DNA of 32,000 nucleotides. Source: Propionibacterium ruminifibrarum (GTDB lineage: Bacteria; Actinomycetota; Actinomycetes; Propionibacteriales; Propionibacteriaceae). Location: positions 60,001 through 92,000 of the forward strand of contig NZ_OMOH01000008.1 in assembly GCF_900289195.1 (NCBI RefSeq). The letters run 5' to 3'. Both the position numbers and the translations under genes were made by a program. The stretch's first letter is position 1. Each line of letters opens with the position of its first letter. This document shows, in pieces, positions 12,816 to 21,704 of the stretch. Under the pieces are notes generated by a model. It saw only the letters and a program-made list of their open reading frames with translations. It had not been told where the DNA came from and searched no databases.

Positions 12816-13973
12816 TCAGTTGGGCAGCCTCATGAGCATGATGACGTGCCGGTAGTCGACATCGGGCTCGCCGTCGAGCTCGGCCAGTCCCTGCACCAGG
12901 CAGGGCTTGCCGGGGGCCGTGAAGGAGAATTGGACATAGGGCGTGTCGAGCGCCCCGAGGGCGTCGGACAGGTAGTGCGGGTTGAACCCGACGGCGCTGA
13001 TCTCGACGTCACCGCCGTCCCGGGTGACGACGGCCTCCACCGCCTCGGTGGCCTGGGCCTGGTCGCCGGTGGCCGCGTCGAGGGCGATGCGGTCGTCGTC
13101 GATGGCCATCCGCAGTGAGGTGTTGCGCTCGGCCACGAGCGAGACGCGCTTGACCGAGTCGATGAGTTCGGCCGTGTTGCACCGCACGATGACACTGCCC
13201 TTGATGTCCATGAGGTGACGGACCTTGGGGAATTCACCGTCGAGAAGCCGAGTGGTGAGCTGGCGCGTGCCGCTCGTGCCGTCGCCCTCGAAGCCGATGA
13301 GCCCTTCGCTGGTGGTGTCCCCGGCGAGGGCGAGCTGGACGGACTCGCCGCTGCTCATCGACCGGGCGGCCTCGTTCAGCACCCGGGCGGGGACGAGGGC
13401 CGCTCCCTCGGCGCCGGGCGTCGTGAGATTCCAGGTGAGTTCCTTGAGAGCCATGCGGTAACGGTCGGTCGCCAGCAGGGACAGTCGGTCGCCGTTGATC
13501 TCCATGCGCACACCGGTGAAGACGGGCAGCAGCTCGTCGCGGCCGGCAGCGACGACGACCTGACTGACCGACCTGGCGAAGACATCGGAGTCGACCGAGC
13601 CGGTGACGGCCGGCATCTCGGGAAGGTTCGGGTACTCCTCGACGGGCAGCAGCTGCAGCGTGAAACGTGCCGACCCGCACACGAGTTCGACGCTGGAGTC
13701 ACCGGCGGTGAGCCGGACGGGACGGTCGGGCAGCGACTTGGCGATGTCTGCCAGCAGCTTCCCGGAGACGAGCACCTCACCCGGCTCGTCGACCTGGGTG
13801 TTGATGGTGATCCTGGCGCTGGTCTCGTAGTCGAAGCTCGACATGACGACCTTGTCGTTCTCGGCACGCATGAGCAGCCCGGCGAGGATCGGGACGCTGG
13901 GGCGGCTGGGCAGGCTACGGGCCACCCACGCAACCGCTTCAGCCATGACACCGCGATCGACTGTGATCTTCAC
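12816..13973 (-). CDS. dnaN: DNA polymerase III beta subunit (sliding clamp)
   Basis: VKITVDRGVMAEAVAWVARSLPSRPSVPILAGLLMRAEND... through ...HVIMLMRLPN. I use GTG 13973 (GAGGAG a few nt upstream) because the 32 upstream codons of the track ORF are not DnaN-like. Confidence 0.97.
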   Translation of the reverse strand: MKITVDRGVMAEAVAWVARSLPSRPSVPILAGLLMRAENDKVVMSSFDYETSARITINTQVDEPGEVLVSGKLLADIAKSLPDRPVRLTAGDSSVELVCGSARFTLQLLPVEEYPNLPEMPAVTGSVDSDVFARSVSQVVVAAGRDELLPVFTGVRMEINGDRLSLLATDRYRMALKELTWNLTTPGAEGAALVPARVLNEAARSMSSGESVQLALAGDTTSEGLIGFEGDGTSGTRQLTTRLLDGEFPKVRHLMDIKGSVIVRCNTAELIDSVKRVSLVAERNTSLRMAIDDDRIALDAATGDQAQATEAVEAVVTRDGGDVEISAVGFNPHYLSDALGALDTPYVQFSFTAPGKPCLVQGLAELDGEPDVDYRHVIMLMRLPN

Positions 13974-14085
13974 TGTGCTCCTCGTCCCCTGAGAACTGTT
14001 TCGGTGGGCCGCTTGGGCGTGCACGCAGCCGGCACCGCGTGCTTGTTGCATCATACCGGCTGCGCGCACTCGCCGCAGGCCTGCC

Positions 14086-14105
14086 GGTGCCTCGTGAACG
14101 AGGCA
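14086..14105 (-). terminator. hairpin downstream of the sulfite/nitrite reductase gene
   Basis: GTGCCTCG-tgaa-CGAGGCAC is an 8-bp stem with a 4-nt loop, 19 nt beyond the reductase stop. There is no U tract, so it may be only a stabilising or weak terminator hairpin. Confidence 0.35.
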
Positions 14106-14123
14106 CTCACCGCGGGGTCGGAC

Positions 14124-15818
14124 TCAGCGCAGCTCGTCCTCGGTGGCGCGGTGCGACCACTGGGCGAAGGTCTCGCCGTCACTGCGGCCGGCCAGGTAGC
14201 GACGCACGATGCGTTCGACGTAGTCGGCCGCCTCGTCGGCGGTGATCTTCAGGCCCCGCACCGTGCGGCCGAAACCCGCTTCCGCACGGCCCATCGTGGA
14301 CAGCCCGCCGCCCAGGTGCACCTGGTAGGCGAACTCGGAGCCCTCGGCGGTCTTGGCCAGCTGGCCCTTCAGACCGATGTCGGCCAACTGGATTCGGACG
14401 CAGGAATTGGGGCAGCCGTTGATGGACAGGCTGATCGGCGTGCCGATCTCGACCCCCTCGAACCGGCGGTCGAGTTCGGCCGTGAGTGCCGCGGCGGCCG
14501 CCTTGGTCTCGACGAAGGCGAACTTGCAGAACTCGATACCGGTGCAGGCCATCGTCGAGCGACGGAATGGACCGGGACGGGCGGTGAGCCCGAGCGGGGC
14601 GACCTCGGCCAGGAAGTCCTCCACGGCGTCGGGGTCGACGTCCAGGACGACGAGTTTCTGGTGGGGAGTCAGCCGCACGCGGGCGCTGCCCGCGCCCTCC
14701 ATGGCATCGGCGAGCCGGATCAGCACGTCACCGGACAGGCGCCCCACCTGGGGAACCAGGCCGATGTACGCCCGACCGTCCTTCTGTTCGTGCACGCCGA
14801 CGTGATCGGGGTTGCCCACCGAGCGGGCGGGAGCCGGTCCATCGGGCAGTTCGTAGCCGAGGTATTCGTCCTGGAGCACCTGCCGGAACTTCTCGACCCC
14901 CCAGTCGGCGAGCAGGAACTTCAGCCGTGCCCGGTTGCGCAGACGGCGATAGCCGTAGTCGCGGAACAGTCGGATCATCGCGTACCACACGTCGGGGCCC
15001 TGCTCGGCAGTGCAGAAGGCCCCGAGACGCTCACCCAGGCGAGGTGACGTCGACAGACCGCCGGCCACCCACAGGTCGAAGCCCGGGCCGAGCTCGGGAT
15101 GGCGGACGCCGACGAAGGAGATGTCGTTGATCTCGTGCGCGATGTCGAGGCTGGGGTGGCCGGTCGCCGCGGTCTTGAACTTGCGGGGCAGGTTCGCGAT
15201 CTCGGGCCGCCCCAGGTAGCGGCGGCCGATCGTCTCCAGCATCGGGGACGGATCGATGATCTCGTCGGCGTCGACGCCGGCGACGGGCGAGAGCAGGAAC
15301 CCGCGCGGGGTGTCGCCGCAGGCCTCGATCGTCTGCAGGCCGGCCGACTCCAGTCGCCGCCAGATCTCGGGGACGCTCTCGATCTCGATCCAGTGGTACT
15401 GCAGGTTCTGCCGATCGGTCAGGTCGGCCGTCCCGCGGGCGAAGTCGTTCGAGATGCCGCCGAGCACGCGCAGCTGGTCCGGGCTCACGGACTTCCCGTC
15501 CAGGCGCACGCGCATCATGAAGTGCCGCCCGCTCAGCTCGTCGGGGCCGAGGGTTCCGGTGCGGTGGCCGTCGATGCCCTCGGCACGCTGGGTGTACAGA
15601 CCCCACCAGCGCATGCGCCCGTGCAGGTCGTCGGAGGGGATGGAATCGAAGCCCTGCCTGGCGTAGATCGTCTCGATGCGTTCCCGCACGTCCAGCGGAC
15701 TGGTGCCGGTCTGCTTGAACTCCTCGTTCGGGTTGAGTGGGGCACGGCCGTCGATGATCCACTGGCCGTTGCTGCGCCTGGGTCTTCCTGTCGTCGTGGC
15801 GGCAGATGTCTTCGTCAT
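14124..15818 (-). CDS. ferredoxin-dependent sulfite/nitrite reductase (siroheme, [4Fe-4S]; NirA/SirA type)
   Basis: RMRWWGLYTQR and QTIEACGDTPRG, plus the siroheme-[4Fe-4S] cysteine clusters TMACTGIEFCKFA (C-x5-C) and INGCPNSCVRIQ (C-x3-C). ATG 15818 has AAGGAGA upstream. The 98 extra N-terminal codons in the track ORF are not homologous-looking. Confidence 0.9.
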   Translation of the reverse strand: MTKTSAATTTGRPRRSNGQWIIDGRAPLNPNEEFKQTGTSPLDVRERIETIYARQGFDSIPSDDLHGRMRWWGLYTQRAEGIDGHRTGTLGPDELSGRHFMMRVRLDGKSVSPDQLRVLGGISNDFARGTADLTDRQNLQYHWIEIESVPEIWRRLESAGLQTIEACGDTPRGFLLSPVAGVDADEIIDPSPMLETIGRRYLGRPEIANLPRKFKTAATGHPSLDIAHEINDISFVGVRHPELGPGFDLWVAGGLSTSPRLGERLGAFCTAEQGPDVWYAMIRLFRDYGYRRLRNRARLKFLLADWGVEKFRQVLQDEYLGYELPDGPAPARSVGNPDHVGVHEQKDGRAYIGLVPQVGRLSGDVLIRLADAMEGAGSARVRLTPHQKLVVLDVDPDAVEDFLAEVAPLGLTARPGPFRRSTMACTGIEFCKFAFVETKAAAAALTAELDRRFEGVEIGTPISLSINGCPNSCVRIQLADIGLKGQLAKTAEGSEFAYQVHLGGGLSTMGRAEAGFGRTVRGLKITADEAADYVERIVRRYLAGRSDGETFAQWSHRATEDELR

Positions 15819-16126
15819 GATGTGTCTCCTTCGCAGGGCATGTGAACCGTTCCTGCGGTGGTCCGTGGGGCCGGGCTGTCGGGCTTGCGGTGTCGGGTTC
15901 AACCGGCGGGTGCGATCACGTGGGGCGGGTCTGCACCGTGAGAACGGCATGAGGACGGCCGGACAGCCGGTAGCGATGAAGGGTGGGTGGCGGGTGAACC
16001 CGGACCACCGTCGTGGGCTCCTGGGGTTCAGGAGCACTGGTCGGTCAACGACACAGGGCGCCGGCGACGACACACAGGTCGACGTGCTTGCGCTGCACCA
16101 AGGTGTGACCACGAACCATGGCCATG

Positions 16127-16155
16127 ACTTTAGGGACCGAAACGGTCCGTGTCAT
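16127..16155 (-). promoter_or_regulatory. candidate promoter of the reductase gene
   Basis: ATGACA (16155..16150), 17-nt spacer, TAAAGT (16132..16127) on the minus strand. This would give a ~300-nt 5' leader. By-eye call. Confidence 0.35.
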
Positions 16156-16216
16156 CCGCACATCCATATCGTGGACGAGGTGTCGCCAACCGGGCCGCAC
16201 CCGGTGCGAGGCGTGG

Positions 16217-18784
16217 TCACTCGCTGGCGATGGCCCTGAGCATGTTGAGTCGCGCCGCCTTGTGCGAGGGCCACAGGGCCGCCACGACACCGACGACGAC
16301 AGCAGCCACGAGGAAGGCACCGATCCGCGGCCAGGAGATGGCGAGCACCGTCAGACCCTGGTCGATGAGGACGTGCTGCAGACCGACCCCGAAGCCCACG
16401 CCCATCATGGCGCCGAGGACGGCACCGAGCAGGGCGATGGTGACCGATTCGAGTGTGATCATCGTGCGGATCTGCTGGCGTTTCATGCCGACCGCGCGCA
16501 GCAGGCCGATCTCACGGGTGCGTTCGATGATCGACAGTGCCAGGGTGTTCACGATCCCCAGGACAGCGATGACGATGGCCAGTGCCAGCAGGGCGTAGAC
16601 CATCGTGATGACCTGGTCGATCATCGCGGTGCGCTCGGCCGCGTAATCGTCCATGGACTGCACGACGGCGAGCGGATCGTCGTTGGTGACCGACTCGATC
16701 TGGGTGCGCAGCGCACCGGCGGAGACGCCATCGGCGGCATCAACGGTCATGAAGGCATCCGCGTCGCCCCCGGTGAACTGCTCGACGGTGGTCAGGTTCG
16801 TGACGATGCTCGCACCGGAGACGCCGTCGGCGACGTCGAAGATGCCGGTGATGGTCAACACGATCGGCAATGGCGCCGAGGGGTCGAGTGTGGTGATGGT
16901 GTCGCCGATGGACAGGCCATTGGCCTCGGCGAGATCACTCAGGACGATCGCCGTGTTGGGCTCGTCGTTCATCTCGCCCGAGACCATCGTCTCGGAGACG
17001 ATCCGGTCGAAGTCCTTCGCTGCGAAGGCCTCGATGAACAGCGGCTGCTGGCTGGTGGTCATCGCGATCACCTGGCGTTCGACGTGCACGTCCTCGACGC
17101 CGTCGAGTGCGGCGATCCGGTCCGCCATGCCGTCGGGCAGGGGGCTCCGGTTGACCGGCTGGACGATGAAGTCGCCGCGCAGGTCTTCCTGGACGGACTT
17201 GTGGATCGACGCAGAGGCCGAGGAACTCATGATCGACAGCATGGTGACGAGTGTCAGACCGATCATGAGTGCCGAGGCGGTCGCCGCGGTGCGTCGCGGT
17301 TGACGGATCGAGTTGAGTTCGGCGAGTTTGCCGGGTTCGCGGAACAGCAGCCGCCACACCCGCCCGAGCAGCCAGATGAGGGGTCTGCCGATGACCGGGT
17401 TGAACAGGGCGACTCCGATGAGGACGGCGAAGGCGCCCGCCCCGAAGACCCACAGGTGGTGGTCGAAGTCACCGACGGCGCCGGCGACGACGCCGGCCGC
17501 GCCGAGGACGGTGAGGACGGCGCCGACGATCGTCCGCCGGCCCAGATGCTCGGCCCCGGTGGAGAACTCGCCGCTCATGGCGGCCACCGGCGGCACCTTG
17601 GAGGCGCGCCGGGCCGGCCCCCAGGCGGCCGCGACGGTGACCAGGACGGCGACGGCCAGCGAACCGATGACGTTGGCCGGGCTGGGCATCGGCACGGAAC
17701 TGCCGAGGTTCATGCCCAGGGCAGCGACGACCCTGCTGATCCCCCAGGCCAGGACGGCCCCCAGCGCGATACCGACGACGCCACCGAACAGGCCCGTCAC
17801 GACGGCCTCGAGAACCACCGAATTGCGCACCTGGCCGCGGGAGGCGCCCAACGCGCGGTAGAGGGCGAGTTCGCGGCTGCGCTGGGCGACGAGGATGGAG
17901 AAGGTGTTGATGATGATGAAACCGGCGACGACGAGCGCGATCGCTGCGAAGACCGCCAGGAAGACCGTGACGAAACTCATGGCCTGGTGGACGATGTCGG
18001 AGATCTGGTCGGCCGTCGTCTCACCGGTCGTTGCCTCGAGCGCATCGGGCAGGACCTCGTTGATGGCGTCGTTGACGGCATTCACGTCGGCGCCGTCGTC
18101 GACGGTGACTCCGATCGTGGTGTAGCCGTCGGCGCCGCCGAGAAGCAGCCGGGACGCGGCGGCCTCGTCGAAGAAGAGGTAGCTGGCGCCGGCCGTGGCG
18201 CCGTGGGCGTAGCTGACGGTGCCGACGACGGTCATCGGCTGCCGCGACCCGTCGGAGGTCAGAACGGTCACCTCATCGCCGATCGCATGACCGGAATCGG
18301 CAAGGGTGGCCGGATCGACGGCCACCTCGTCATCGGCGGTCGGCGGCCGACCCTCGTCGACCTGGAGGCCGGTCTTGTGACCCATGGCCGGCTCCGTGTG
18401 GTAGTTCATCGCCATGCTGGTCGTGGAGGCCCCTGCGATCCTGCCGTCCGTGTCGAGCAGATAGGCCGTGTTCGAGCCAGTGATGATGCCCGAGGCGCTC
18501 TCGACGCCGGTCACCCCCCTGATCGCCTCGAGTTCCCCGGCCATGACGGTGGACGCTCCCGCGTTGAGATCAGCGGTGACGCTGCCCAGAGCGGTGTCAC
18601 CTGATTTCACGCTGACCGAGATGTCCGTGAGTGTGCCCTGGCTGATGGCGTCGAAACTGTCGGACAGCATCGCCGTGTAGGTCAGGGTGCCGGACATGAA
18701 CGCGATGCCGAGGACGACCGACAGGGTGGACAGCACAAGCCTCAGCTTGTGGCCCATGAGCGATTTCCAGGCGGCCTTCCACAT
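16217..18784 (-). CDS. duplicated FtsX/MacB-type (type VII) ABC transporter permease
   Basis: 856 aa: MWKAAWKSLMGHKLRLVLSTLSVVLGIAFMSG. It has two FtsX modules (FIIINTFSILVAQRSRELALYRALGASRGQV and IVNTLALSIIERTREIGLLRAVGMKRQQI), each preceded by a large extracytoplasmic domain. ATG 18784 lies 1 nt after the ATPase stop. Confidence 0.9.
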   Translation of the reverse strand: MWKAAWKSLMGHKLRLVLSTLSVVLGIAFMSGTLTYTAMLSDSFDAISQGTLTDISVSVKSGDTALGSVTADLNAGASTVMAGELEAIRGVTGVESASGIITGSNTAYLLDTDGRIAGASTTSMAMNYHTEPAMGHKTGLQVDEGRPPTADDEVAVDPATLADSGHAIGDEVTVLTSDGSRQPMTVVGTVSYAHGATAGASYLFFDEAAASRLLLGGADGYTTIGVTVDDGADVNAVNDAINEVLPDALEATTGETTADQISDIVHQAMSFVTVFLAVFAAIALVVAGFIIINTFSILVAQRSRELALYRALGASRGQVRNSVVLEAVVTGLFGGVVGIALGAVLAWGISRVVAALGMNLGSSVPMPSPANVIGSLAVAVLVTVAAAWGPARRASKVPPVAAMSGEFSTGAEHLGRRTIVGAVLTVLGAAGVVAGAVGDFDHHLWVFGAGAFAVLIGVALFNPVIGRPLIWLLGRVWRLLFREPGKLAELNSIRQPRRTAATASALMIGLTLVTMLSIMSSSASASIHKSVQEDLRGDFIVQPVNRSPLPDGMADRIAALDGVEDVHVERQVIAMTTSQQPLFIEAFAAKDFDRIVSETMVSGEMNDEPNTAIVLSDLAEANGLSIGDTITTLDPSAPLPIVLTITGIFDVADGVSGASIVTNLTTVEQFTGGDADAFMTVDAADGVSAGALRTQIESVTNDDPLAVVQSMDDYAAERTAMIDQVITMVYALLALAIVIAVLGIVNTLALSIIERTREIGLLRAVGMKRQQIRTMITLESVTIALLGAVLGAMMGVGFGVGLQHVLIDQGLTVLAISWPRIGAFLVAAVVVGVVAALWPSHKAARLNMLRAIASE

Positions 18785-18785
18785 G

Positions 18786-21020
18786 TCAGGCCCGCCTCGT
18801 GGGCTGGTAGCGGGCCGGCCCGTCGTCGGGAAGGGAACGGGCGGGATGGGCCGGAGCGGGCGAGTCGTAGGCACGCTCCCCGGTGTCCGTGGCGGCCGCC
18901 CTGGGCATCAGAGGGGCGAGGAGCGGGTCATGAGCACCTGGTACGGGCCTGTTGAGGACATTGACGTCCAGGGCGTTCATGTCGAGGGCCCGTCGGGTCG
19001 CCGTCTGGGGGGACGAGGGGGCCGGGTCGTCTGCCGGGCGGGCATGCTCCACCGCGACGGCGGGCGGGTTGGCCAGTGACTGGGACAGTGCGGCCGCGCG
19101 GCGCTGCTGGGTCGGTGTGGTTGCCGGCTCGACGGCCGCGAGAGGAGGAACGGGCCGCGGGGGCTCCTCCGTCACGGGTCGCGGGGGTTTCGTCGTCGCC
19201 GGAGGCCGCTGCGGCGGGACAGGGGCGGGCGCCTTGGACGGTGTCACGGTCGGCGTCGAAGCCGATCGCGGGCTGGAGAAGGTGATGCGGGTACCCGAAC
19301 CGATGACCGGTTCGATCACTGCGGGTGTCGGCGTGGGTACCGGCACGGACTGCCGAGTCGGCTCCTTCGACTCAGGAGGCCGCTTCTGCGGGCTCGACTC
19401 GGATGCCTCGGCCGTCCGCGGGCTGGAGAAGGTGATGCGGGTGCGGGCACCGAGGAGCGGTGCCGGTGTGATGGGCGCAAGGGAAGCCGGTGCCGGGGAG
19501 GGTTTCTTCGTGGTCGGCACCGACGAGGAGGGAGCGGCTTCTGCGTCTCCTGACGTCGTGGGTCTGTTCGTGGGCTGGACCAGCGGGGCATTCTGCTCCG
19601 GGGGTTCGGGTCGAGGAGTCCGCGGTGGGAACGGCATGAGCTGGGGGGTGCTCTGCTGCGGGGCGGCCGGTTGGGGTTCGGATGCCTGCACGGGCGCCGA
19701 GCCGCCGACGCCGGGCCGCGGCATCGGACCCGGCCTGGAGCCAGTGGTGCGCTGCTCGGTGGCGGCGGGGCCGATCGCCGCCGGGTCGCCCGTCGTGACC
19801 GGACGGGGCGTCTGTGCGGGCCGGCGGACCGGCGGGGGATCGGCTGGGCGGCTCGCTGCTGCTTGGCTCGGAACAGGTGTCGGCCGGCTCTGGGGCGTCG
19901 GGTTCACGCTGGGGCGAGGGGCCGCGGGCGCGGCCGGCACCGAACCCGTGTTCCGCACCGGGGACGCCGGCCGGGTGGCGGGCTCTGACGTGGGGCTCGC
20001 GGGACGCGGTGGCTGCGCCGGGCTCGGGGCGGGGGTCCGGCTCACGACCGGGGCGGGTCGTGGCGGTGCGGCGGGCTGCTCGGGAGCAGGAGCCGGCGCG
20101 GGGGAAACCGCCGGGATGTGAACCGTGGTGGCCTGGGAGGCGTGGGACGTGCCCTCGATGTCCTGCGCCGGGCGGACGTACACGGCGGGACGGGCGGCTG
20201 TCGGGGCCGGTGGCTCACCACTCAGCCGTACGATCGGCAGTTTCGTCGTGGGGCTGTCGGCGAGGTCGTCGATGGTGCCGAGTCGGGCCATGTGGTCCAG
20301 GACGCTCTCACGGGTGGGGGCGGCCAGATCATCGACGATGCGCCCGTCGGCGAGGAAGAGCGCCCGGTCGGCATGAGCCGCAGCCGTGGGGTCATGGGTG
20401 ACCATGACAATGGTCTGGCCCATCTCGGTGACCGAACGGGCCAGGAACGCGAGCACCTCGGCCGAACTGTGTGAGTCCAGGTTGCCGGTGGGCTCGTCGG
20501 CGAAGATGATGTCCGGCTTGCTCACCAGGGCGCGGGCACAGGCGACGCGCTGCTGCTGACCCCCGGACAGCTGCGACGGCTTGTGGGTGAGACGGTCACC
20601 GAGTCCGACGGTCTCGATCACCTGGTCGAACCAGTCCCTGTCCGGTTTGCGGCCGGCGATGGCCAACGGCAGTTCGATGTTCTCGCGGGCCGTGAGCGTA
20701 GGCACCAGGTTGAAGGCCTGGAAGATGAATCCGATGCGGTCGCGGCGCAGAGCGGTCAGCTTGGAGTCGCGCAGCGTGCTGATGGCGGTGTCACCGATGA
20801 AGACGTCCCCACTGGTCGGTTTGTCCAGGCCGGCCACGCAGTGCATGAGCGTGGACTTGCCCGATCCGGAGGGCCCCATGACCGCCGTGAAGCGTCCCTT
20901 GGAGAAGTCGACGTTGACGTGATCGAGTGCCGTGACCTTGGCGTCACCCTGACCGTAGACCTTGGTCAGGCTGCGCGTGTGGGCAGCGACCCGCGTCAGG
21001 GTGCTCGCCGGTGCGGTCAT
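18786..21020 (-). CDS. ABC transporter ATP-binding protein (MacB/LolD-like NBD) fused to a ~496-aa proline-rich C-terminal tail
   Basis: The first 248 aa carry Walker [11 protein letters not shown]-loop IGFIFQ, signature LSGGQQQRV, Walker [13 protein letters not shown] and H-loop VMVTHD. The frame then continues without a stop through P/A/T/S-rich sequence. Start ATG 21020 with GGAGGA upstream. Confidence 0.9.
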   Translation of the reverse strand: MTAPASTLTRVAAHTRSLTKVYGQGDAKVTALDHVNVDFSKGRFTAVMGPSGSGKSTLMHCVAGLDKPTSGDVFIGDTAISTLRDSKLTALRRDRIGFIFQAFNLVPTLTARENIELPLAIAGRKPDRDWFDQVIETVGLGDRLTHKPSQLSGGQQQRVACARALVSKPDIIFADEPTGNLDSHSSAEVLAFLARSVTEMGQTIVMVTHDPTAAAHADRALFLADGRIVDDLAAPTRESVLDHMARLGTIDDLADSPTTKLPIVRLSGEPPAPTAARPAVYVRPAQDIEGTSHASQATTVHIPAVSPAPAPAPEQPAAPPRPAPVVSRTPAPSPAQPPRPASPTSEPATRPASPVRNTGSVPAAPAAPRPSVNPTPQSRPTPVPSQAAASRPADPPPVRRPAQTPRPVTTGDPAAIGPAATEQRTTGSRPGPMPRPGVGGSAPVQASEPQPAAPQQSTPQLMPFPPRTPRPEPPEQNAPLVQPTNRPTTSGDAEAAPSSSVPTTKKPSPAPASLAPITPAPLLGARTRITFSSPRTAEASESSPQKRPPESKEPTRQSVPVPTPTPAVIEPVIGSGTRITFSSPRSASTPTVTPSKAPAPVPPQRPPATTKPPRPVTEEPPRPVPPLAAVEPATTPTQQRRAAALSQSLANPPAVAVEHARPADDPAPSSPQTATRRALDMNALDVNVLNRPVPGAHDPLLAPLMPRAAATDTGERAYDSPAPAHPARSLPDDGPARYQPTRRA

Positions 21021-21144
21021 GACGGTCCTCCATTGTCTGTGCCGACCATCACAGCCTATCCGTGATTCCCCTCGATGACCCGGCCCGGTCCACACGAACG
21101 CATCCCCGTCGGCCGGCCCCACCCGTCATCGCAGGCTGTTCTCC

Positions 21145-21585
21145 TCAAGCAGAAGGAAGGAACTCCCCAAGGACATCGAGTTGGGTCTTGAGGTCACCGG
21201 CGTCCACATCACATGCGGCGTACATCCTGTTCAACTCGCCGGGGATCGAAGCGGCATCGTCCTGCAGGGCACGCCCCGCGTCGGTGAGAGTGATGACCGC
21301 CCTGCGCTCGTCGGCATCGTCCCGGGAGCGCGTGATGTGGCCACTGGCCTCAAGACGCCTCAGCAGAGGTGTCAGGGTGCCACTGTCCAGCCCCAGCCGG
21401 GCACCGATCTGTTTCACGCTGAGTCCCTCGTTCTCCTGCCACAGGACGATCATCACGAGGTACTGCGGGTAGGTGAGCCCGAGTCCCTTCAGCAGGGGGC
21501 GGTAGGCGCGGATGACCGCTCTGCTCGCCCGATAGAGCGAGAAGCAGAGTTGGTGGTCCAGTCCGAGCTCCGGATGTTGCGACAT
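21145..21585 (-). CDS. ohrR: MarR-family organic-hydroperoxide sensor/repressor OhrR
   Basis: LDHQLCFSLYRASRAVIRAYRPLLKGLGLTYPQYLVMIVLWQENEGLSVKQIGARLGLDSGTLTPLLRRLEASGHI. The sensing Cys is in the QLCF context typical of OhrR, and there is a second C-terminal Cys (AACDVD) as in 2-Cys OhrR. Divergent from an ohr-containing operon. Confidence 0.85.
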   Translation of the reverse strand: MSQHPELGLDHQLCFSLYRASRAVIRAYRPLLKGLGLTYPQYLVMIVLWQENEGLSVKQIGARLGLDSGTLTPLLRRLEASGHITRSRDDADERRAVITLTDAGRALQDDAASIPGELNRMYAACDVDAGDLKTQLDVLGEFLPSA

Positions 21586-21603
21586 GCACCAAACCTAGCA
21601 AAA

Positions 21604-21647
21604 AGATTGTTACCAATCTAATTGCTCACAATCTAATTGTGTGCAAT
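21604..21647. promoter_or_regulatory. OhrR operator array in the ohrR / bfr-like divergent promoter region
   Basis: Three ATTG-N4-CAAT dyads lie at exact 15-bp spacing (21606-21617, 21621-21632, 21636-21647). The junctions form CAAT-CTA-ATTG dyads (21614-21624, 21629-21639) resembling the B. subtilis OhrR box ACAATT-AA-ATTGT. This is the most AT-rich stretch locally. Confidence 0.6.
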
Positions 21648-21704
21648 GGTGCTCATGCCAGGCGGGAACACCCGCAAGCCGAATGCGAGAGGCACGAATC
21701 AACC

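Noticed and set aside
15819-16112. 98-codon N-terminal extension of the sulfite/nitrite reductase ORF in the track.
   Set aside because: The extension is R/P-rich junk with no similarity to the family. ATG 15818 has a strong AAGGAGA RBS and starts where the homology starts.
15830-16120. Calling the reductase leader a SAM-IV or cobalamin riboswitch.
   Set aside because: There are only loose string resemblances. I could not identify the conserved cores (for example a B12 box or the SAM-IV pseudoknot elements) by eye. It is left as a hypothesis to test with covariance models.
18789-20276. Repetitive proline-rich DNA considered as a CRISPR-like or tandem-repeat array.
   Set aside because: There are no regularly spaced identical repeats apart from one 26-bp pair. 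The region is in frame with, and continuous from, the ABC ATPase.
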